Source of the DNA: Promethearchaeota archaeon
Lineage (GTDB): Archaea; Asgardarchaeota; Lokiarchaeia; Sigyniarchaeales; SOKP01
Reading direction: 5' to 3'
DNA length: 17,239 nt
NCBI GenBank assembly: GCA_019057865.1
Contig: JAHLWP010000057.1
Span: 1 to 17,239, forward strand
A model generated the notes under the pieces. The model saw only the letters and a program-made list of their open reading frames with translations. It searched no databases and was not told the origin of the DNA. The position numbers were made by a program, and so were the translations under genes. This document shows positions 8,669 to 16,073 of the stretch, piece after piece; position 1 is the stretch's first letter, and every line of letters begins with the position of its first letter.

Positions 8669-9667
8669 TTATTTAGATAATAAATTTTTAGCAATCTCGA
8701 AAGCATAATTATAGTCAAAAACCTTTAAACCTTTTGTATTAGCTGCTTCTTTAAGTATTTGCCCTTCAGAATTTGCTTTAAGACGCCCTATTGCTAATGC
8801 TCCAATTCCGAAAATTCCTGGATAAATTTCTTCATTATCATGTTTTGGTTTTATACCTTCAATTCCATAAGGTGGAACTAAGTTGATATCAATAACAATT
8901 TTTTTACCTTTTAGTCTTATCATCAAATCTTCAGGTAATACCTCAATACCTGCTGCAGCTAAAGACCAAATAATATCAGCGTTTTGAGCAACTTCAAATC
9001 TTTTCTCAGGATTTGGGGCAAAAATCCCCTTTATTGGAAGAACTCCTTCTCCAGCTTCTTCTGTCAATTCTTTAGTCAAATTTACAATAAATTCTTTATT
9101 TGATTTATCCCATGTTTCTACTATATACATATCACATCCAATTTTTGCTCCTAATATAGCTGCAATTCTACCAACTGGACCTGCACCATAAATTACCACT
9201 TTTTTCCCCTTCAAATCTGAAATATTATGCATTTTTTTAGCAACATCAACAGTCATTGCAACTACTGCAGATGCAGTAGTATGAGAACCACGAGGATCAA
9301 TTATCACAGGACATTCAAAAGGCGGAACAAGCGATTTTTTAACTGCTTTTGCAATTTTCTCACCTTCTTTTACATTTGACCCCCCAATAAAAAAAGTGGT
9401 AGGCGCTTTGGGTTTTCGTGAAAAAATGGCATCTTGAACTAACTTTGGAACTTGATCAGCACTCATTCTGCTAATTGGTACAACAATATCAAAGCCAGCA
9501 TCATAAGCCATATTGATATCGAATGGAGATGCATTATCATCAGTATCAAAAAAGTAACAAATCTTATCTGAACTATCTTTTTTCTTGATAATAATTGGAG
9601 TCAATTCGATTATTGATTTTCTTCCAAGAATAGATTTAATTTCCTCTTCTATATCTCCCTTTTGCAT
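8669..9667 (-). CDS. mtdB: NAD(P)-dependent methylene-tetrahydromethanopterin dehydrogenase, MtdB-like (stand-alone copy with N-terminal extension)
   Basis: ASPFDINMAYDAGFD, VQDAIFSR, FIGG, DPRGSHTTASAVVA, GAGPVG, DINLVPPYGIEGI, GALAIGRLK. GAGGTG RBS at 9683-9678. Confidence 0.88.
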   Translation of the reverse strand: MQKGDIEEEIKSILGRKSIIELTPIIIKKKDSSDKICYFFDTDDNASPFDINMAYDAGFDIVVPISRMSADQVPKLVQDAIFSRKPKAPTTFFIGGSNVKEGEKIAKAVKKSLVPPFECPVIIDPRGSHTTASAVVAMTVDVAKKMHNISDLKGKKVVIYGAGPVGRIAAILGAKIGCDMYIVETWDKSNKEFIVNLTKELTEEAGEGVLPIKGIFAPNPEKRFEVAQNADIIWSLAAAGIEVLPEDLMIRLKGKKIVIDINLVPPYGIEGIKPKHDNEEIYPGIFGIGALAIGRLKANSEGQILKEAANTKGLKVFDYNYAFEIAKNLLSK

Positions 9668-9718
9668 TTTTTTCTTACACCTCTTTAAATTTTTTTAATT
9701 ATTAATTAAAGTAATTAC

Positions 9719-10444
9719 TCAGAGCTCCAATACAATATCTTTTTCAAGCTCTTCTTTTACTTCTTCTGTCTTAATAGTACGTTTAATCTTGATCTTTTCA
9801 GTATCAACATCTAAATCAGTGGCTAGTTTTTCTATGCCATTGAAATGTCTTAAATCACATATAAACAGACCTTTTAAATTTTTACCCTCTACCTTTTTCG
9901 CGAGATTTAAAATATTCATCATCATCCAAGCTTCTCTAACACTGTATCTGACTTCATTCTCTTGTTGGTCATAATCATTTTGTAAATATTCTTTCCATAA
10001 AACTAACCTCTGAAATAGTTCGTCATTTTCAGGAACTCTTCCTTGCTTTTCAAGAATTCCTCTTATTCTGTCTTCAAGTTTTTGGATAGTAGATCTATGC
10101 TCTTCTAAAGCAGTGGATAGATAATCTTGAGCATTTTCATCAATATCTACATGCTTAAATGGGATGCTTTTTGTCTTAAATAATTCTTCTAATGGATTTT
10201 TTGAGTTTGTAAACTCATCCCAGTTTGTAGGTTTTTCTTCTGCTCCAAAATCAGGTTTATATTTAGTAATAAGGTCTTCAATAAGTTGAAGATACTCTTT
10301 TGAAATTAAATGTAAATTCCAAACAAGGTCATCTTTTATTTTTTTCGGAGCTTCAAACCACCAATCAATTGGAAATTCACTTTCAACCATTATTAATTTT
10401 AAATGCTTTTCTTTTAAAGGTTTTAATTCTAAAACTTTAGGCAT
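9719..10444 (-). CDS. 'VLELKP' family subtype 2, TraB/PrgY/GumN-like fold suspected; paralog of the N-terminal domain of 1845..3506
   Basis: Collinear motifs: VLELKPLK, ESEFPIDW, SKEY, PDF, IPFKHVDIDENA/IPYQFVDIPDYA, FQRLVLWKEYL/FQQLVIWREFL, RYSVREAWMMMNIL/RYKIRESWMMMGIL, FICDLRHF/FICDKRHF. AGGAGG RBS. Confidence 0.85.
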   Translation of the reverse strand: MPKVLELKPLKEKHLKLIMVESEFPIDWWFEAPKKIKDDLVWNLHLISKEYLQLIEDLITKYKPDFGAEEKPTNWDEFTNSKNPLEELFKTKSIPFKHVDIDENAQDYLSTALEEHRSTIQKLEDRIRGILEKQGRVPENDELFQRLVLWKEYLQNDYDQQENEVRYSVREAWMMMNILNLAKKVEGKNLKGLFICDLRHFNGIEKLATDLDVDTEKIKIKRTIKTEEVKEELEKDIVLEL

Positions 10445-10467
10445 TTTTATTTTTCCCTCCTATTCAA

Positions 10468-11082
10468 TTAAAATTCAATATTAATTATATTATGTTTTTT
10501 AACATATTGAATAACCTTTACATTTAACGCTCTAAGTTGTTCTGTCACTTCTGAGCATATATCCTCACAGATATCTTCTTGTACTAAATGAAGAAATGAA
10601 ATTTGTTGCTTTTTATAGTTCTTTGCAATATCTAACATCTTTTTGACAATCCATTGGGGTCTTAGTTTCAAGCTAATAAATATCTCTTTTGCTTGAATCT
10701 CCTCTCTTATCATATCTATCCAATTTTTAAGACTTTCTCCCTTATAAGAATCTTTATTGTCCATACTTACATATTCTTCAAATAATAAATTCAATAAGTC
10801 TTCTTTTTCACCAATTTCTACATATAAATATCCCATTGCATATTCAGGGATATCTACTTGATGATATTTTATCCCTAATTTTTCTAATGCTTGTGCCAAT
10901 TCGGATTTTCTAAATTCTCTCATATTAACAGTAAAATCGACAGTAACAAAATCAATCCTTTTCTTTTTCAAAAAATCACTCAATTTTGGAATATCAAAAT
11001 CATGAAAATCACCTTTACTTCTCTTGGCAATATATGCACAGATTTGTTTTTTTTTTACTGGTTTTAATTCCAAAACTTCCAT
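10468..11082 (-). CDS. 'VLELKP' family subtype 1; paralog of 1211..1840
   Basis: 204-aa ORF with GAGGT RBS, collinear with the 209-aa ORF over its full length. Confidence 0.85.
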   Translation of the reverse strand: MEVLELKPVKKKQICAYIAKRSKGDFHDFDIPKLSDFLKKKRIDFVTVDFTVNMREFRKSELAQALEKLGIKYHQVDIPEYAMGYLYVEIGEKEDLLNLLFEEYVSMDNKDSYKGESLKNWIDMIREEIQAKEIFISLKLRPQWIVKKMLDIAKNYKKQQISFLHLVQEDICEDICSEVTEQLRALNVKVIQYVKKHNIINIEF

Positions 11083-11178
11083 TCTATTTTCTACCTCTTA
11101 AAAAAAATTTACTTTTCTTTTTAATTAAAAATTGTATTAATTCTAAGATAATATTCCTTGAGATGGAATTTAATAAAT

Positions 11179-11222
11179 TTGACAATAAAAATTATGTATA
11201 TTTTGACAACATTAATTATCAA
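11179..11222. promoter_or_regulatory. Tandem putative operators in the divergent promoter: TTGACA-N8-TATGTA (11179-11198) and TTGACA-N8-TATCAA (11203-11222)
   Basis: Read directly from the sequence. A TATA-like TTTATTAA on the minus strand lies immediately gene-proximal (about 11170-11177). Confidence 0.55.
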
Positions 11223-11339
11223 GATCTTATTTTAACAAATTTTTTAATTATAGAAATCCGTAACTTAATTTATGGTATATAGAAAAAATCTCCCATATAG
11301 ATCATTACATTTAAATTCTTGATCACTATAATTATTATG

Positions 11340-11359
11340 ATGATTAATTAATTTATCAA
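11340..11359 (+). promoter_or_regulatory. Putative operator, ATGATT-N8-TATCAA, upstream of the wHTH-hdrA-mvh operon
   Basis: Same 6-8-6 geometry, 73 bp upstream of ATG 11433. Very AT-rich, so a weaker match than the others. Confidence 0.35.
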
Positions 11360-11432
11360 AATAATTTATGTTGAATTTTTTTTTTTTTAAATTTTAAATT
11401 CAGTTTAATAAAAAAATGGAAGGGATAGACAA

Positions 11433-13979
11433 ATGGATTTATACTCTATATTATCTCACGAATTTAGAAGAAAAATTTTATTACTTCTTGAAAAAGAAGG
11501 ATATATTTCTTACACAGATTTAATGGTTAAACTTGGTCTGGATCAAACTGGTCAATTAAATTTTCATCTTAAAAAACTTGGATCTCTGATAAATAAAAAT
11601 AATAAATCCTATTATTTAACTGAAGATGGGAAACGTGTATTAAGAATATTAAATCTTAACAAACGTATTCTTTCTGGTGAAGAAATTGATTATCTCGATT
11701 CTAAAGGTAGTGGGATCAATAGAATTGGTGTTATTATTTGTAATTGTAATACAGAGATTTCGAATGTAATCAATATTAACCATTTAGAAAATTATGCAAA
11801 TAAATTAACTAATGTAGTTTCAGTAAAGATTCTTGAAAATCTATGCCAAGAGAAAAATTTAGATAAAATTGCCAACTGGGTTAAGAATAATTATTTAAAT
11901 AAGGTAGTTATTGCTGCTTGTTCTCCAAAAACGCATCAACATATTTTTGAGAGAATTTTTCAAGAGGTTATTGATAATGCAAATATTGAAATAGCAAATA
12001 TTAGAGAACAATGTTGTTGGGTTCATCATTCTAACATGAGAAATATAGATCATTTATTAGCATTAAAAAAGGCTCATTTACTTATTGAAGCAGCAGTTGA
12101 ACGTGTTAAACTTCAAAAAGAGGTCAAAATAAAAAGAGTTGAGGTAGAAAAAAGTTGTGCTATACTAGGAGGTGGTATCGCTGGGATGACACTAGCATTA
12201 AATTTAGCAAGAGCAGGAATAAAAGTATATATTATAGAAAAAACACCTACATTAGGAGGAAAAGTAGCGAGATGGCACCGAATTTATAAAATGGGAGATT
12301 GTTCAATTTGTTTTATTTCAGAATTAATTGGGGAGATTGTAAAAGAAAAAAATATTGAAATTTTTACCAATACTGAGGTGAAAAATGTCTCTGGTGAGGT
12401 TGGAAACTTTATAATTGATTTAATAAGAAAACCGCGATATATTGATGAAAAAAAGTGTACTGGGTGCAAACAGTGTATTGAAATTTGTGGGATAGAAAAA
12501 GTGAATCAATATGAATTTGGTTTAAACAATAGAAAAGTTATCTATATTCCATTTCCTAATGCATATCCTTATGCTCCTATTATTGATGAGGAAGATTTAA
12601 AAAATTGTTTAAATTGTAGAATATGCGAACGAGCTTGCGTGAATAGTGCGATTGACTTGAATCAAAAATCTGAGGATATTAAAATCAAAGTAGGAGCAAA
12701 GGTAATTGCGATTGGGGCTGATCTTTATTCTGAATTAGATGCTTACCATTATAATCCAAAAAATAATATTATTACTTCATCTGAATTTGAAAGAATATTA
12801 TCCTCAGATGGAATTACAGATGGTAACATCTTGAGAATCTCAGATAAAAAACCTCCAAAAACAATCTCAATCATTCAAAATGTTGGACCTTCTAAATCTA
12901 AAGAAAATTTTATGGATCCTGTTGCCTATAAATATTTAAGTTGCATAAAAGTAAAAAATCCTGATTGTAAAGTGAATGTATTCTACGATTTAAGTAAAAT
13001 TAAAAATAATGATGAGTACATTCTTAAATCTACAGACCCTAAATTTCACTATTCAAAAAATATTAAAATTGAAAATGAAAATAATCAAAATATTGTGATT
13101 ACTAACTCAGAAAAATTTCCAAGTGATTTAATAATTTTAAATCTAAATTTAATACCAAATAAAGATCTAAAAAAATTCCGTAAAACAATGGATTTTACCT
13201 TAGATGATAGGGGGTTCATGAGTGAGGAGACTTTAGCTTCTGGTATTTATGGAGTAGGTACAATTTTTGGACCATTGAACTATCATTCCACTATCTCTAC
13301 AGCTAATAATGTAGCAGTAGAAATTATCTCACTTCTATCACAAAATTATTTAATATCTGAATTTGCAGGAATAGAAATTAATGAATTGAAATGTGGTTTA
13401 TGTAGATTATGTGTGCAATCTTGTCCATATAATGCCATAATAATTGAAGGAGATAAAATAAATATCGATAAATTTAAATGTAAAGGCTGTGGAACATGTG
13501 TAAGTGTGTGTCCTACAAATGCTATTGATTTGAATATTGATACTTCCGAAAAAATACTTAAAACAATAGAAGTTTTTTCTAAATTCAATAAAAAACCAAA
13601 GATTATTACTTTTTGCTGTAAATCTTGTGGTTATGCTGCTGCAGATGACGCGGGATTAAAGAAATTATTCTATCATCCAAATGTGTTTATAATTAAAGTT
13701 CCATGTACTGGTCGTATTGATACAGAATTTATACTTAAATCTTTTGAGGTCGGATTTGATGGTGTAATGGTTATTGGATGTAGAAAAGATGCATGCAGAT
13801 ATATCGATGGAATTCAAAAAGTTCAGAAAAAAGTAAACCTGTTAAAGAAAGTATTAGGTCCACGATTAAGTAGAAGGATTATTATCAAAAATCTGAATGC
13901 TGTAGAAGGTGCCAAATTTTCAAATACAATAAATAAATTTTATAACGTATTATCGGAAGAGATCAGGTTTGAAACTTAA
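11433..13979 (+). CDS. hdrA: Triple fusion: ArsR-like winged HTH + heterodisulfide reductase subunit A-like (partly degenerate) + MvhD [2Fe-2S] domain
   Basis: aa 1-75 (LSHEFRRKILLLL..GYISYTDLMVKLG..TGQLNFHLKKL...YYLTEDGKR) is a wHTH. HdrA motifs: RIGVIICNC, AACSPKTH, NIREQCCWVH, GGGIAG, EKTPTLGG, DCSIC, four CxxCxxCxxxC, ITSSEFER. MvhD motifs: FCCKSCGYAAAD, VPCTGRID, GFDGVMVIGCRKDACRY. Confidence 0.9.
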   Translation: MDLYSILSHEFRRKILLLLEKEGYISYTDLMVKLGLDQTGQLNFHLKKLGSLINKNNKSYYLTEDGKRVLRILNLNKRILSGEEIDYLDSKGSGINRIGVIICNCNTEISNVININHLENYANKLTNVVSVKILENLCQEKNLDKIANWVKNNYLNKVVIAACSPKTHQHIFERIFQEVIDNANIEIANIREQCCWVHHSNMRNIDHLLALKKAHLLIEAAVERVKLQKEVKIKRVEVEKSCAILGGGIAGMTLALNLARAGIKVYIIEKTPTLGGKVARWHRIYKMGDCSICFISELIGEIVKEKNIEIFTNTEVKNVSGEVGNFIIDLIRKPRYIDEKKCTGCKQCIEICGIEKVNQYEFGLNNRKVIYIPFPNAYPYAPIIDEEDLKNCLNCRICERACVNSAIDLNQKSEDIKIKVGAKVIAIGADLYSELDAYHYNPKNNIITSSEFERILSSDGITDGNILRISDKKPPKTISIIQNVGPSKSKENFMDPVAYKYLSCIKVKNPDCKVNVFYDLSKIKNNDEYILKSTDPKFHYSKNIKIENENNQNIVITNSEKFPSDLIILNLNLIPNKDLKKFRKTMDFTLDDRGFMSEETLASGIYGVGTIFGPLNYHSTISTANNVAVEIISLLSQNYLISEFAGIEINELKCGLCRLCVQSCPYNAIIIEGDKINIDKFKCKGCGTCVSVCPTNAIDLNIDTSEKILKTIEVFSKFNKKPKIITFCCKSCGYAAADDAGLKKLFYHPNVFIIKVPCTGRIDTEFILKSFEVGFDGVMVIGCRKDACRYIDGIQKVQKKVNLLKKVLGPRLSRRIIIKNLNAVEGAKFSNTINKFYNVLSEEIRFET

Positions 13980-14727
13980 ATTTTTGATAACATCACTTAC
14001 ATCCTGTAGTGGATGTATTTCTACATTAATCTCGAGTGATATATTTCCTCAGTTTTTAGAAAGAACAAATATTTCTTACTTTCCCTTTATCTCTGATGAG
14101 GATAAAATTGAAGAATGCGATATTGCTTTAATAGAAGGTTGTATTTCGATGGATTCACAAATTGAATTATTAAAAGATATTAGAAATAATGCAAAAAAAG
14201 TATATGCTTTAGGTACTTGCGCTGCATTTGGGGGAATTTTAAGTTTATCTAAAAAGAAAAAAGCGGGTGCAATATCAGATATTGTTCAAATCGATGGTAT
14301 TATACCTGGTTGTCCTCCTCCTTTAAAACTAATAGGAAATTGTTTAATAAGATTAATAGAAAATAAAAAAATAGAATTATCAGAAAAAAATCTATGCTCA
14401 ACATGCCCTCTAAGAGGAAATAATAATATTCCTTTTGAAAAACAAATTTATAAATTGAATCCTTCTGGTGATGAGATAGCAACTCTTGATGAAATTTCAA
14501 ATTGCTTTTTAAATAATGGAATTTTATGCTTAGGACCAATAACTAGGGAGGGTTGCGATCATATATGTATAGAATATGGAATACCCTGTGAAGGATGTTT
14601 AGGGCCGGTATCTAAAGATTATACCTCAAATTTGATAAATTTCTTAAGTCTTTTTAATCTCTCTAAAGATTTAAGAAAATACAAAGGAATCTTTTATAGA
14701 TTCTCGAAACCAAAAATACGATGGTGA
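13969..14727 (+). CDS. mvhG: [NiFe]-hydrogenase small subunit, group 3 (MvhG-like)
   Basis: SCSGC, IEGC, GTCAAFGG, IPGCPP, CSTCP, CFL..GILCLGP, GC..IC...GIPCEGCLGP. TTG start overlaps the end of hdrA-mvhD. Confidence 0.9.
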   Translation: MKLKFLITSLTSCSGCISTLISSDIFPQFLERTNISYFPFISDEDKIEECDIALIEGCISMDSQIELLKDIRNNAKKVYALGTCAAFGGILSLSKKKKAGAISDIVQIDGIIPGCPPPLKLIGNCLIRLIENKKIELSEKNLCSTCPLRGNNNIPFEKQIYKLNPSGDEIATLDEISNCFLNNGILCLGPITREGCDHICIEYGIPCEGCLGPVSKDYTSNLINFLSLFNLSKDLRKYKGIFYRFSKPKIRW

Positions 14728-14731
14728 TATT

Positions 14732-16030
14732 ATGCAAAAAGTTATTGATGTTTGTACAAGGGTTGAGGGTCACGGTAATGTAAAAATTTTTATTCAAAAT
14801 GATGAGATTTCAAATGTGGAATTTGAAATTTTAGCCTTCAGGGGATTTGAAAATATTTTAATAGGTAAAAAGTTATCAGATGTTCCTAAAATTGTTTCTA
14901 GAATATGTGGATTATGTCATGCATCCCAAACTATAGTAAGTTGTAAAAGCATTGAAGATATGTATAATATAAAAGCCAATCACCAATCTGTTCTAATAAG
15001 AAGGCTCTTGATGGCAGGAGAGCTATTAAAATCGCATAGTATGCATTATTTTTTTCAATCTTTTCCAGATCTTTTAAATATTTTTAATATTTATACAAAA
15101 CCTATTGATATTTATGATTTAATAAAATATAATCCACAATTAACCTCACACATATATGATATAATTAAAATCGGAAATAATATAGACAAGATTTTTGGAG
15201 GAAGATCAATCCATACAATTACACCTATCCCTGGTGGAGTTATTTATAGACCATCACGGAAAAGGAAAAATATTGCTGAGAAATATTTTGCAAAGGTAAT
15301 AAGTAATTTAGAATGGATTATGGAAAATTTCATCGATTTATTCTCAGAATTTACTCCTCCAGAAGATTTTATGCTCCCAAATGTTAAATTTCTTTCATTA
15401 AATAACAATAGATCTTATGATAGATATGATGGTATTTTAACCATGAAAAAGGGCTTAACTAAATATCAGGATTTTAGGTTAGAAGAATATCTCAATTATT
15501 TTGATAAAGATCCTACAATGTGGGGTATTGATTTTGTTGATAAAAATCAGAATTATTTAGTCGGACCAATTTCTCGAAATCAAATTGTAGAAACTTATGG
15601 ATTAGATGAAATTTCCGGATATTTAAATCTTTTTGATAAAAAATGGAGAAATAATATTTTATTTGCAAACTTTTTAAGATTACTTGAAATGTTTGTAGAA
15701 TCACAGAATTCATTAAAAATTTTGAAGGATCCTATTTTAAAAAGTACCATTCCTCTTCCAAATTTTAGTTCGATTATTTCTCGAGAAGGGATCGGAGTTG
15801 TGGAAGCCCCTAGGGGGACACTTATTCATCATTATCGAATTAATAAAAGAAATATTCTTGAAGAGGCTAAATTATTTATAGCAACAGAAATAAATATACC
15901 ACTTATTAACGAAATGATTAGTAATTATGCGCGAAAACTTTATGAAAAAGAAGATATACATTCAGTTAAGAAAAAAATTCAAAAAATTATAAGAGCTTTT
16001 GATCCATGCATATCTTGTGCAACACATTAA
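14732..16030 (+). CDS. mvhA: [NiFe]-hydrogenase large subunit, group 3c-like (MvhA), without C-terminal extension
   Basis: TRVEGHG, RGFE, L1 SRICGLC, EAPRGTLIHHY, L2 RAFDPCISCATH-stop. GGTGA RBS overlaps the mvhG stop. Confidence 0.92.
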   Translation: MQKVIDVCTRVEGHGNVKIFIQNDEISNVEFEILAFRGFENILIGKKLSDVPKIVSRICGLCHASQTIVSCKSIEDMYNIKANHQSVLIRRLLMAGELLKSHSMHYFFQSFPDLLNIFNIYTKPIDIYDLIKYNPQLTSHIYDIIKIGNNIDKIFGGRSIHTITPIPGGVIYRPSRKRKNIAEKYFAKVISNLEWIMENFIDLFSEFTPPEDFMLPNVKFLSLNNNRSYDRYDGILTMKKGLTKYQDFRLEEYLNYFDKDPTMWGIDFVDKNQNYLVGPISRNQIVETYGLDEISGYLNLFDKKWRNNILFANFLRLLEMFVESQNSLKILKDPILKSTIPLPNFSSIISREGIGVVEAPRGTLIHHYRINKRNILEEAKLFIATEINIPLINEMISNYARKLYEKEDIHSVKKKIQKIIRAFDPCISCATH

Positions 16031-16073
16031 TATATCAAAAAATTAAATTTTCAATTAAAAGGAATAAAACAAT

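Noticed and set aside
9668-9721. Selenocysteine or stop read-through joining the 241-aa gene (TGA) to the in-frame mtd, recreating the fusion
   Set aside because: The two ORFs are in frame, but a TAA lies at 9697-9695 and mtd has its own GAGGTG RBS and N-terminal extension. This is a genuine split.
1138-15713. Short overlapping or antisense ORFs (1138-1350, 1567-1794, 2264-2575, 2933-3118, 5191-5388, 6716-6985, 9789-9974, 10986-11282, 12284-12469, 13346-13588, 14300-14539, 15513-15713)
   Set aside because: They are shadows of well-supported genes on the opposite strand, with F/I/L/S-rich composition and no recognisable motifs.
11433-16030. Selenoprotein versions of HdrA, MvhD or MvhA
   Set aside because: The relevant positions are Cys codons in uninterrupted ORFs. 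The mvhG TGA falls at the expected end and overlaps the RBS of mvhA.
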